Assembly: GCF_044704955.1 (NCBI RefSeq)
Contig: NC_091993.1
Coordinates: 45,384,001-45,448,000 of the forward strand
Origin: Pristiophorus japonicus
Lineage: Eukaryota
Length of the DNA stretch: 64,000 nt
Direction: 5' to 3'
The first letter of the stretch is position 1, and each line of letters opens with the position of its first letter. Both the position numbers and the translations under genes were made by a program. Shown one piece after another: positions 12,451-24,900 of this stretch. The notes below the pieces were generated by a model that did not search any database, was not told the DNA's origin, and saw nothing but the letters and a program-made list of their open reading frames with translations.

Positions 12451-13207
12451 ACAGTATAAATTTCGAATGAGATACGCAATACAGTTGTGACATTTCACAC
12501 AGTCCCAGGCAGAATCGCTACTCAATATGTATTCAAGAGGCATAGTGGGTCATGTATCTTGAAGTGCAGCACACTCCAGGCAGTGTTACTGACAGATTAA
12601 GTACTGCAGTGAGGTTCTGCATTTCAAGAATCATTCTCCATGGGTACCCTGACTGCAAACATTCCCCAACTGTGAAAATAACCCAAAACAGAAAACCTTA
12701 ATCATTTTCTGCTGCAGTGTCCACGACATCCTCTTTTTCTGTGTGTGTCATTTTAGGGGCTGTATTTTCCTCCTTTTAAAAATTAAGTTATCTTTTTCAT
12801 GGTAGATTTGTGCAATGAATAAACAAAATGGTGGGGATTACAATTTTGCAGCAGGTAACCTAATGTTGTGAGTGGGAATGGCTGGAAACCCACCAATGTA
12901 GCTAGAATCATCACCCTTCCACTCTTAGGCTGTTGGTGGGCCATTTAGGCTGGTGTAAATGAAGACTAGTTTGTGCTGCGGACTGGGGGGCATAAAGGCT
13001 CTTCCACCGGCCTGCCCTGCAGGTTAGGGCAGGCAGCCCTTCCGGATTGTGCTGGAGTCTACAGCAATGAAACATAGAAACATAGAAAATAGGTGCAGGA
13101 GTAGGCCATTCGGCCCTTCGAGCCTGCACCACCATTCAATAAGATCATTCAATAAGGTTAATCTCCTGGACACTACTGTGAGCAACCCAGAGAAAAATAA
13201 TCAAGCT

Positions 13208-13997
13208 ATTAAAAAAATTTGTCTTTCATTCATATTCTTTGAGCGTTTCCATTCACTGTTGTAACAAATATTAGAGATGGGGAAAGAGCGATTTGACGGA
13301 TTGTGATGGTTGGAGACAGGAGGTCATGTGATGAAACCTCCAGGAATGTGTCCAATCAGAGTTGGCGACCCAACTGCGGGGGCTTGTTGCCTGTGTAATG
13401 GAAAAACAGGATCACCGATTGGTCGGGAAAGGTGCACCCGTGTGCTGGAGACAGATATTCACAGAGCATGGGAGCTCAGTGTCAACTGTGGGGATCAGCA
13501 AGGGGGGTGTGGCAGCTGTTGCACAACTTACAGGAGACACCGAGGTGAGATATCAGTGCTCGAGTAACGACACAGCACAGGTAGGGAGATGCAGGAGGGT
13601 CAGTTGTTACATGGATCTGCCTAAACAATACAGCATTTACACCTGCTGGTGCTGGGGAGGCTACATAAGTGACAATGGGGTGTCAATACCACGAATATCC
13701 ATAACTACAAAATCAATAGAAAAAAACATCGTGACAGAGGACTGGTGAACAGCAAATGTAATTCCTATCTTCAAAGAGAGAGACAGAATGAATCAAGGGA
13801 TCTATAGAACAGATTAAAAAAATTTGTCTTTCATTCATACTCTTTGAGCGTTTCCATTCACTGTTGTACCAAATATTAGAGATGGGGAAAGAGCGATTTG
13901 ACGGATTGAGATGGTTGGAGGCAGGAGGTCATGTGATAAAACCTCCAGGAATGTGTCCAATCAGAGTTGGCGACTCAACTGCAGGGGCTTGTTGCCT
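13208..13997 (+). repeat. 185-bp dispersed direct duplication (13208-13392 and 13813-13997)
   Basis: Direct comparison by eye gives about 7 substitutions over 185 bp. Confidence 0.92.
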
Positions 13998-14335
13998 CAG
14001 TTTAACTTCAGTTGTAGGAAAGATACTAGAACCTTTGCTAAAAGATTGGGTAACGAAACATCTGTAGACAAAAAATATTCTTTAAAATAGCCAGTGTGGA
14101 TTTCTAAAAGGAAATTTAACCCAACTTACCGAAATGTTGGAAGTAGGGACAGAAAGGGTAGACGAGGGCAATGCAGTGGATGTGATTAACATAGACTTTC
14201 AGAAGGCCTTCGATAAGGTGCCACATAAAAGACTTGTGACAAAGGGCAGGATGTGTGGGGTCAGGTAGCAGAATGGATTGAAAGAAGGGTACAAAACAGG
14301 AAGACAGAGGGTAGGGGTTAAATAATGTTTTCTCA
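13720..14335 (+). mobile_element. Degraded CR1 ORF2 fragment, interrupted by the 185-bp copy
   Basis: EDW..ANVIPIFK, SLTSVVGKILE and DFQKAFDKVPHKRL remnants. Confidence 0.75.
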
Positions 14336-14949
14336 GACTACCTCATACTATGCATTAATGTACACTACTTTCTGATGTACCATTTTCAATTTCAATTGGA
14401 ATAATAAGTATGCAATCGATCTTTGATCAGCTGCAAAGACTTGTACACTTTGTACCTTCCAGCATATCTCATGAGTTTATTTTAGAATGGGACCAGTTTC
14501 CAGAATGAGATGCAATGGGATCAATAATCCATCTCCTATCTGTGGAATCCAACATCGACTTGTTCATAAAAATAAACACACTGCTAAACGATTAGTTGGT
14601 ACCTATTACATAGCAACAGTTTCAGGCAGGAGAAGCCTTTCGGCCCATCTAGCCCACATTGGTGTATTTCTAAAAACCTTGAATCCCATTTGTTGACCGG
14701 AACCTGTCTAGTTCCTTCTGTAAACTCATTAAAGATTCTTATTCCATCAGCCCAGCCAGTAATCTATTCCATGTACCTATAGCAACATAGGTGAGTTGGC
14801 ACAGACTACTGATGGGAAAATATGAATCTCAGAAACTGCCATAATAAATTATTGACTGCAGTGCTAGTGTTTTTACTAGTGTAATTAGAATTTCCCTTTG
14901 AGAGTAAGCCTTTTGGTTGTAACATTTATCACTGACGATATGATATCTC

Positions 14950-15752
14950 AAACTCACGACCTCTATCACCTAGATGGACAAGGGCAGCAGACACATGGGA
15001 ACACAACCACCTCCAAGTTCCCCTCCAAGTTACACATCACCCTGACTTGGAAGTATATCGCCATTCCTTCATCGTCACTGGGTCAAAATCCTGGAACTTC
15101 CTCCCTAACTGCACTATGGGAGTACCATCGCCACACAGACTGCAGCGGTTCAAGAAGGCATTGGAGGCAGTTCAGAGAAGGTTCACAAGGTTGATTCCTG
15201 AGATGAAGGGGTTGATTTATGAGGAAAAGTTAGGCCCATACTCATTGGAGTTTAGAAGAATGAGAGGTGATCTTATTGAAACATGTAAGATTCTTAAGGG
15301 GCTTGACAGGGTAGATGCAGAGAGGATGTTTCTCCTCGTGGGGGAATCTAGAACTATGGGGCATAGTTTCAGAATAATGAGCCGCCCATTTAAAATGCAA
15401 ATGAGGAGGAATTTCTTCTCTCAGAGGGTCATGAATCTTTGGAATTCTCTGCCCCAGAGAGCTGTGGAGGCTGGGTCATTGAATATATTTAAGGTGGAGA
15501 TAGACAGATTTTTGAATGATAAGGGAGTCAAGGGTTATGGGGAGCGGGCAGGGAAGCGGATTTGAGGCCAAGATCAGATCAGCCATGATCTTATTGAATG
15601 GCGGACCAGGCTCGAGGGGCCAAATGGCCGACTCCTGCTCCTATTTCTTATGTTCTTATGGTGGCTCACCACTACCTTCCCAAGGGCAATTAGGGATGGG
15701 CAATAATGCTGGGCCTTGCCAGCGATGCCCACATTCCAGGAACAAATAAAAT
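14950..15752 (+). mobile_element. Family-B LINE 3' end (14950-15159 and 15661-15752) with a nested CR1 3' fragment (15160-15660)
   Basis: The family-B sequence 'ttcaagaaggc|ggctcaccac' is split by a CR1 segment ending in ttcttatgttcttatg. Confidence 0.85.
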
Positions 15753-17214
15753 AAAAGGTTGCTAGGCTTCTGTTTGTTTTTATGCTGCTATCCTTTTTAC
15801 CTGCAAGCACAATAAATGTTTGGGATCTTCACATCAAATCTAAGGCAAGATAGCGGGGAGGTTTGTAATAACAATCATACCAACTTTCAGCAGGAGATCG
15901 AGATCAAGAGCAGGATTGGTGGGTTGCATTCATAAACCAAGATAGCCTCCCACATAGTTTGTACGTTATTAGTGATGATAATGAAAATACTGTCTGCAGT
16001 AAATTTCAATGGGACACATTTTGATTTTCAGCCAGTTTTCTTCAAGTCTCAGTCTGAAACAATAAGAACTGATAAATAAACCATTAGCTCTTTTATACAA
16101 GGGAAGTGTGTGATAGATCTGTTATGCCTTCCAGTACTTTCATGGTAAGATTTGCCAATCCCTTACACGAGTTTATTATAAACCTTATCACGTAGGTCAT
16201 TATTGTGGAAGGAATAGCTTGGAAGGATAAATATTAATTCAGGCAGTCTTAGACCCTGTATTAGCCACCCTTCCCATTTACTTTGTTGTGAAACAGGATT
16301 TGATCTCGAGGGTGAGCATTCTGAGCTATGTGACTGTCCTAACTCCCAATATAAAGCCTGTCGAAGTTTTGACATTTGTTCAAAATATGCTGGTTTTAAG
16401 ATGGCCTTGTCTCATTCAATCGCTTATCTTTATCAAAATGCTTCAGGCAGCAATTGTATTTTTTTATCATTTCAAATGACACCGAAAATTTTTTATTTTA
16501 GCAGTTTCTAGCGTCTGGTACCCAGTGCACTGCAAGCAGCCTATCCAAACCAGTTACACCCGGGTGGGCAGGCTTCTTGGGTATTGCATTGGAGGGGAGC
16601 CAGCTATGAGTAAAAGTGCCCAAATGAGTTGATTTCAAAATGACCTGTGGTATAATTGAACTCATTTATTATATACGTCCCAAATCCTGATCCATTTTCA
16701 GATAGCTCAGCACAATTGATTTTCACGTGGAAAAAAATTTACAATACAAAGAATCTTAAAACTAGCGGTCTCACTTTGCCCCTATGTCCTGCAGCGAGAA
16801 GTTAAACAGCTTTTCATCCTTGGCTGACTTGCTTAATTTCACGCTTTTAAGCAGCGAACACATTTTTTCTGTCAGAGTACAAGGAACAATGGACCGATTT
16901 TGTTCCTTTTCTGGAGGCATACATCATCCTACAAACACTCTTCAGTTGCAATCCACAATTAATGAGGTTCATAACTGTTTCAAGGATATTTGGTCTCAAT
17001 TAGTTCCTGCCCAGACCTCGTCCAATGTTGTTTCACTGAGGCGTGAAAGTGTCAGGTATAAAAATGTTGACACCAATTAAAAAAAATGAAATGTAAGTGT
17101 GTTTGATACACATATTTGACTTAATTTATTGCTTGTATAGGTTGATGCAGATATTAACTATGTTAAAGGCTGGTGAACATGTGGCTTGAGTTGAGTTGGC
17201 TTGGGTTGTTTGAC

Positions 17215-18078
17215 AGCTGCTTCATCAATGACGTTCCCTCCTTCACAAGGTCAGAAGTGATGATTGCCCAATGTTCAGTTCCATTTACAATTCCTCTGAT
17301 AATGAAGCAGTCCGTGCCCACAAGAGCAACATGTGGTCTTGGGCTGATAAGTGGCAAATATCATTTGCACCACACAAGTGCCAAGCAATGGCCATTTCCA
17401 ACAAGAGAGTGTCTAACCACCTCCTCATGACATTCAATGGCATTACCATCGCTGAGTCTCCCACCATCAACATTCTGGGGATCACCATTGATCAGAAACT
17501 GAACTGGACCAGATACATAAATACCGTGGCTATGAGAGTAGGTCAGAGACTGGATATTCTACAGTGCGTGACTCACCTTCTGACTCTCCAAAGCCTCTCC
17601 ACAAGCCAGGAGTGTGATGGAACACTCTCCACTTGCCTGGATGAGTGTAATTCATCAGTGTCGAGGTTCTTGGGTAATACTCAGGAGCCTCAACAGTGGT
17701 TTAAACATTCACTCCCTCCACCACCGGTGCACCGTGGCTGCAGTGTGTACCATCTACAGGATGCACTGCAGCAACTCGCCAAGGCCTTTTCAGCAGCACT
17801 TCCCAAACCCACGACCTCTACCGCCTAGAAAGACAAGGACAGCAGGTGGAACACCATCACCTCCAAGTTCCCCTCCAAGTCACACACCAACCAGATGTGA
17901 ACATGTTCTTTCATCGTCGCTGGCTCAGAGTCCTGGAACTCCCTCCCTAGCAGCACTGTGGAAGTACCTTCACCACACGGACTGCAACAGTTCAAGAAAG
18001 CAGCTCACCAGCAACTTCTACAGGGCAACTAGGGAAAATGGCGGTCTTACCAGTGATGCCCACATCCCAAGAATGACT
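17215..18078 (+). mobile_element. Family-B LINE 3' fragment
   Basis: ORF 17271-17828 (WADKWQISFAPHKCQAM..ILGITIDQKLNWT), homologous to 11140-11930. A short inverted family-B piece follows at ~18080-18210. Confidence 0.8.
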
Positions 18079-18839
18079 GAAGATGGTGGTTGGCCTTCTT
18101 CTTGATCTGCTGCCGTCTGTGTAGTGAAGGTACTGCCCAAGAAATGGCTGGTAGGGAGTTCCAGGATTTTGACCCAGTGATGATAAAGGAATGGCGATAT
18201 ATCTCCGAGTTAGGCAGATGTGGGATGGGGATAGATTTTCCCCATGAGTGGACGTCAGGCAGTTGTTCCGGGGGGCTCAACAACAGTGGAACTGTGGGCA
18301 GCAGCCGGAGATTGCGGGTCACGGGACAGTCTGGCAGAAGGAAGGTCTGGAGTTGGGGGGGAGCGGCAGGTATTTGTAGGAGCGGCCGAGGACCAGGTTG
18401 TATTTACTGAGCCTGGAGGAGAACTCCTGCTCCTCCGGGCCCCACAAGAATAAAGAAGTGCTTGCTGTTGGGATTCTCTTTGGCTGGGCCACCAGAGGGT
18501 GACTGGTGCAGGCCCCGCCAGTTCAGACATGGTGATCGGGCTCCTCTGTACGTTATATGGACTCGGTTAGCATTTTAAATGGGCCGACCACCTAAATCCA
18601 GCAGCTGGCCTGGCCACCCAGCACCAGGCCCTCCCGGGGAACATCGCTATGGCTCTAACAACCATGATATTGGGACAGCAGGTCATCGCCCTCCTGCCTG
18701 TAATAAAGCACCCACCCCCCCCGCCCCGAGTGGACAACTGATGTAATGCAACTACTGATGTATAACAATAAAGGATCATGTGACAAGGTCACATGATGAC
18801 AGGTTTCTGTGTATAGAGCCAATGTGTAGTGTGCCTCTT

Positions 18840-19400
18840 AGAGATCTCTTGTGGAGAGATTGTGGCGGAGGTGTGGCGAATGATTGAGGTGGAGGAGCGG
18901 TGAGAGATCATGGCTGTGATGTGAAAAGAGATGAGCGGCAAGAGATCGTGACGAAGGTACGGCAAATGTTTGGTGCGGAGGTGCGGTGAGAGATCGTGGG
19001 GGAAGTGTGGGCAATGTTTTGTGGTGGAGGAGCTGCGAGAGATCATGGCGGAGGTGCGGCAAATGAGAGTATGGGGCCCAGAAGAGCCGAGGGCCTGGGG
19101 GCAGCACGGGCCAGCCCACACTGCAATATGTGTGCGCACTAGGTCCGTGCAGCAGAGCTGGTCTCCAGTCGTCCTGGTTAACCCTTGCCATTGGATAAAG
19201 ACCCAGCTATGTTAAGCCCATGTGGTGGCTGGTGTGCAACGGTCACCCCACGTTAAAAAAATCCACGCACAGGCATCTTCCACCCCCTCAACTGGAGTTC
19301 AGGACTGGAATATCAGGTCCTCCATTGGAACATCTGTGAACTCATCTCTTTTGGTGTGGAAGCAAGTCATCCTCGTTCGAGGGACTGCCTATGATGATGA
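18840..19400 (+). mobile_element. Non-autonomous RTE-derived bipartite element (5' UTR fused to 3' tail)
   Basis: Tandem 'gagatc(g/a)tggcggaggtgcggc' units, then sequence matching the RTE 5' UTR at 63000-63150, joined to the RTE 3' end 'gaagcaagtcatcctcg..gagggactgcctatgatgatg'. Confidence 0.82.
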
Positions 19401-19912
19401 GTATTACTTTTAGTGATGTGGTAAGACTATATCACTCTGCCCTCCTGCTCGGTTAGCAGAAAATTCCCCCCAGGGCCTCCAGAAGCACAGAGTTCCCCTG
19501 CCCCGGCCCTCAGCCAGGATCTGGCATGGTGTCGGCAAAGTTACATTTGGTCTCCCCAGGGGTACTCTCCCTGAGCCCCGGTGGAAGTCAGGCCCACCAA
19601 GGTGGGGTGGGGGAGGCGGGGGGAACGGGGGGGCGAGGTCCAGGCCTGGATCCCCGAAGAAGAGGCAACTTTATTAACATACAAGAAGCAGCTCCCGTAC
19701 ATGGGGGGGCACCTTCTGTTTGTTTTGAAGGGGTGGTCCTCCCTCTGGCCAGCCACTCATGCCATGATTGGCAGCTGCTTCTGCTGGGGCCAGCCCAGAG
19801 GTGCTCCCCAGGTGCAAAAACTCCTGCAACTCTGGCCCACAAACATCATGAGTCACCCCGTATGATCGTTGGATCATTTCAGGTCACTTCAGAAACCTGG
19901 TTCCCTGTCACA

Positions 19913-20110
19913 GGGTTATGGTAGCATTGTGGTAATGTTACTGAACTAGTAGTCCAGTGGCCTGAACTAATGATCCAACAAGACAAGAGTTCACAATCCC
20001 ACCATGGCAGCCGGGGAATTTAAGTTGAGTTAATTAAATAAATCTGGAATTAAAAGCTAGTGTCACCATGAATGTCCTATAAGCCCACCTTGTTCACTAA
20101 TGTCCTTTCC
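19913..20110 (+). mobile_element. tRNA-derived SINE fragment
   Basis: A-box-like ggtagcattgtgg and B-box-like gagttcacaatccc. Homologous to the minus-strand copy at ~50860-51145. Confidence 0.6.
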
Positions 20111-20199
20111 TTCCCCTGCAGGTTATAACACTTCAGGTGCACATCCAAGTTAAATGTGGTGAGGGTTCCTGCCTTGAGAAAATCTGCTCTCCATGTTAC

Positions 20200-20458
20200 T
20201 CCATCATCGGCAGTCCCTCGAAGCGAGGATGACCCACTTCCATGCGAAAAAGCGCTGAGTTCGCAGGTGTTTCAATGAAGGATCTAATATTCCAGATCCT
20301 GAAGGGTGGAAGATGCTGTACTTGGGTTTTTATAACGTGTGGTGGCCGTTGCACACCAGCCACCACCTAGGTCTTGGTCCAGGACGACTGGAGACCAGCT
20401 CTGCAGCACAGACCGAGCGCGCACACCTATAGCAGTGTGAGCTGGCCCGTGCTGCACT
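20200..20458 (-). mobile_element. Degraded RTE-derived bipartite element
   Basis: Homologous to 47797-48100. Confidence 0.7.
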
Positions 20459-20619
20459 CCAGACCCACAGCAATGTGTGGTTGACTGTTAACTGCCCTCT
20501 GACGTGCCCTCAGTTGTACCAAACTGCTCTGACAAAGTCAGAACTGTGCCCTCACCACACAGACTGCTCACCACCGTGTCTGGACCTATATACATTTGGT
20601 CCATCGTGTCTGGACCTAT

Positions 20620-21408
20620 ATACATTTTGGGAGGGCTATCAAGGAAAGGGAATACATATTAAATGGTAGGATACTGTGACATGTCGAGGAACAGAGGGAC
20701 CTTGGCGTCCACAGATTCCTGAAGGTAGCAGGCCAGTCAGATAAGGTGGTTGAGAAGGCATACGGAATACTTGCCTTTATTAGCTGAGGCATAGAATACA
20801 AGAGCAGGGGGGTTATGCTTGAACTGTATAAAAACACTAGTTAGGCCACAGCTGGAGTACTGCGTGCAGTTCTGGTCACCGTATTACAGGAAGGATGTGA
20901 TTGCACTGGAGGGGGGTACAGAGGAGATTTATGAGGATGTTGCCGGGAGTGGAGAATCTAAGCTATGAGGACAGATTGGATAGGCTGGGTTTGTTTTCCT
21001 TGGAACAGAAGAGGCTGAGGAGAGACTTCATTGAGGTCTATAAAATTATGAGGGGCCTAGATATAGTGGATAGAAAGGGCCTATTTCCCTTAGCAGAGGG
21101 GCCAACCAGGGGGCATAAATTTAAAGTAATTGGTAGAAGGTTTAGAGAGGATTTGAGGGGAAATTTCTTCACCCAGAGGGTGGTGGTGATCTGGAACTCA
21201 TTGCTTGAAAGGGTGGTAGAGGCAGAAACCCTCACCACATTTAAAAAGTATTTGGATGTGCATCTGAAGTGCCGTAACCTACAGGGCTACGGACCTAGAG
21301 CTGGAAAGTGGGATTAGGCTGGATAGCCTCTTGTTGGCCGGCACGGACACGATGGGCCGAAATGGCCTCCTTCCGTGCTGTAAATTGCTATGATTCTATG
21401 ATTCTATA
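20620..21408 (+). mobile_element. CR1 3' fragment
   Basis: ORF 20901-21317 (GVQRRF.RM.PG..LSYEDRL..LFSLE); (ATTCTATG)n tail. Confidence 0.9.
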
Positions 21409-21981
21409 CTCTAACCCCATGTTTATTGTGATATTCATATATAAAGATGATTGTTGAAATACAAACCATGTTCTTTGAATCAGATAGAACATGTTGATTG
21501 AGCTCATCTGCCTACTGTGATTGACATAGAGGGAGTTACTTTATGCCCATAACCAGCAGATGGCAGTCTTGGATCCGTTTATCATCTATTTACTGAGCTC
21601 TCACGAATATTTAGGAATCTTGGGCTCAATTTTCCCCAATACCGTTTCTTGCCGTATTGCAAGAGTTACACCCATTTTTTTGGGACCCGACTACTCCAAA
21701 AAAATAATTAGCAAGTTACCCCGTTCTATTTTTTGACATTGATGCTTATCCTTTAGCTTCGGGGGGGGGGGGGGGGGGGGGGGGTGGAGCCTAATGTCTG
21801 CGCCGAAAAAACTATGTCCCCCCCTTCTGCGCATGCGCGGGAAAAAAATGCCGTTTTTCACGTGGCTGCTATGGGCGCGCATGCACAGAACAGCTCCTCA
21901 TCTGTGTTCGGCCATTTTTAAAGAGCAAGTTGTTTGCGAGAACTTTAATTCTCATTGGAAAAATCGGAGCTGCGATACAAG

Positions 21982-24900
21982 ATGTAACGCGGGTCAAGGA
22001 CCAAGAATTTCTCTCAGGATGAAGTGGAGGCATCGGTTACTGTAATTGAGGCCAGATGGCACAAGCTGGACACCAGCAGAGGTCACATGAAAGTTCCACC
22101 CAAATGCTGGAACCAACTTGCAGAAGATTACTATGCAATGGTGACCACCCTGAGGTCTGGAGGCCAGTGCAAAAAGAAGTGGCAGGACCTTGGTCAAGTG
22201 TTAATATAAGTAATATTTTCATTTATTCACTGGAATTGCAATTGTAAATGTGACCATCTGTATATGTCCCACCCAGCAGAAAGACACCCTGTCTAAAAAG
22301 TTATATTTTCATCTTTGCAGAGGAAGGTGGCACATAACAAACGAAAAAGAACTCAAACAGGAGGAGGCCCGGCAAATCTGCAGCCATTGACACCCTTGGA
22401 AGAGAGGGTCGCTGCTTTGATGGGTCCTGCCTGGAGAAAACCAACCACCACTGCACAAGCTGGGCCCACACTCGAGGGAGAGGGTAAGTCCTGCAAATTC
22501 CAGTCTGGCTTTGCTAAATGTTAAGTACTGCGCAGGCTAGCCACGCTTCGGTTCCTGAGGCTGTCTCCGTCAGCTAGGTTTCGGTTGATGCAATGTGCTA
22601 TCATTCATCGTGGTCCTTCAAATCAGCTTGCTGCCTGCGCTGTGTGAGCTTACTCATGCCACCCACCCTGCCCCCTCCTCTGCTGTTAACCATTTGTCTG
22701 TTCTGTTATATTTTGCAGAACTTGAGGCCAACCCTTACGAGGCTGAAGCTGATGCAGATGTTGATTCAGATGCGGACAAGCCTGAAGAGGAGAACATCTT
22801 CCAATCCCACCTTCCAGACCAAGAGCATGGGGGTGAGGGGGTGGGGGAGGGACAGGGGGTGGATGAAGCCCCCACTGTTGTATTCATTCTAGAGGAGGTG
22901 CAGGTGCTGCCCGTTGAGGTGCCAGGCCCTTTCCTGAGTGGTACGAGTGTTGGGACACTCCATGGTTTCTCACAGTCTGAGGCTGCGGGTCCCAGTGGTG
23001 TGCAGCGAGGCACACCCAGGTGAGGAGGGGAAGGAGAGCTGGACAGCGCTCTCCTGAGGTGCAGCATCTAACAGACGTGGTTCAAATGATGGCAATGAGT
23101 GCGAAGAGCATTGACCTTACGCGATCACTCCTGGACACCATCAGTGGGTTGGGTGATGAGGTATCGGGACTGTCGGGAGAAGTAAAAACAATCTCACGAG
23201 AAATAGGAACACTGTCCGGGCACATGAGGGAGGGAATGTCGCAGGTAGCTGTTGTGTATCTGTAAAGCATGCACTCCCATGTTCCGCCACCAGGGAGTGC
23301 ATCCCCTGAAGTCCCAAGGGATCCCAGCATCCCTTGGGAGCACTGTATATAAGCCGGCCCCTAAGGCCTGTTCTTCACTCTGGAGTGTCTTATTAAAGAC
23401 TGAGGTCACTGTTACTTTAACCTCCCTGTGTGCAGTCTCATCTGTGTTAGGAACACAATAACTGGTGACGAGAATACGAATCCAATGCAAAGATGCAGCA
23501 AACTGTGGGCATCCTGGAGAAGTTCTCGGAGGGTGAGGACTGGGATGCCTATGTCGAATGGCTAGACCAGTACTTTGTAGCAAACGAGCTGGATGGAGAA
23601 GGAAGCGCTGCAAAAAGGAGAGCGGTCCTCCTCACAGTCTATGGGGCACCGACCTACAGCCTCATGAAGAATCTTCTGGCTCCGGTGAAACCCACAGATA
23701 AGTCGTATGAGGAGCTGTGTACACTGGTTCTGGAGCATCTTAACCCGAGGGAGAGCGTGCTGATGGCAAGGTAACGGTTCTACACGTGCCAGCGATCTGA
23801 AGGTCAGGAAGTGGCGAGCTACGTCGCCGAGCTAAGGTGACTTGCAGGACAATATGAGTTTGATGGCTACCTGGAGCAAATGCTCAGAGACTTTATTGTA
23901 CTGGGCATTGGCCATGAGACCATCCTACGAAAACTTTTGACTGTAGAGACATCGACCCTCAGTAAGGCCATTGCGATAGCACAGGCGTTTATGTCCACCA
24001 GTGATAACACCAAACAAATCTCTCAGCACACATGTGCTAGCAATGTTCATAAATTAACTGGAACTGTGTTTGCAAGCAAAAATGTACAGGGCAGAACCCA
24101 CGAGTCTGCAACTGCCAGTAGGCCTCAGGTGGCCCAGATGACTCAGAGTCCCCAACAAAGGATGAATGCAAGGCAATTCACACCTTGTTGGCATTGTGGA
24201 GGCTTCCATTCAGCCTATTCATGCCGCTTCAAAGGGTATGTTTGCAAGAGCTGTCGAATAATGGGGCACCTCCAACGAGCTTGCAAACGAGCTGCAAGTT
24301 CTGCAAAACCTGATAACCACCACGTGGCAGAGGCAGATTGGTCCATGGTGGATCAAAGCAATTTTGAGCCTCAGAGAGAGGAGGCAGATGCTGAAGTACA
24401 CGGGGTGCACACATTTTCAACGAAATGTCCACCTATAATGCTAAACGTAAAATTGAATGGCTTACCCGTAGCCATGGAACTGGACACTGGCGCTAGCCAA
24501 TCCATCATGAGTAAAAAGATGTTTGAGAGACTATGGTGCAACAAGGCACTCGAAACTGAGAATGTACACCAAAGAGCTTATCACTGTCCTGGGCAGTGCC
24601 ATGGTCAAGGTCACCTAAAGGGGCACGGTGCACGAACTGCCACTCTGGATTGTCCTGGGCGATGGCCCCACACTGCTTGGAAGGAGCTGGCTGGGCAAAA
24701 TCCGCTGGAACTGGGATGACATCCGAGCGCTATCACATGTCGATGAGGCCTCATGTACCCAGGTTCTTAACAAATTTCCTTCCCTCTTTGAACCAGGCAT
24801 TGGGAACTTTTCCGGGGCTAAGGTGCGGATCCACTTGGTCCCAGAGGGACGACCCATTCACCACAAGGTGCGAGCGGTACTTCACATGATGAGGGAGAGA

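Noticed and set aside
15047-15565. Family-B/CR1 in-frame fusion ORF (172 aa)
   Set aside because: No promoter context or native start, and it has an internal deletion relative to other CR1 copies; most likely a chance product of nesting.
18840-19065. CRISPR-like repeat-spacer pattern (also considered at 53175-53303 and 63290-63450)
   Set aside because: These are degenerate tandem units without unique spacers, in eukaryotic retroelement context, with no cas genes.
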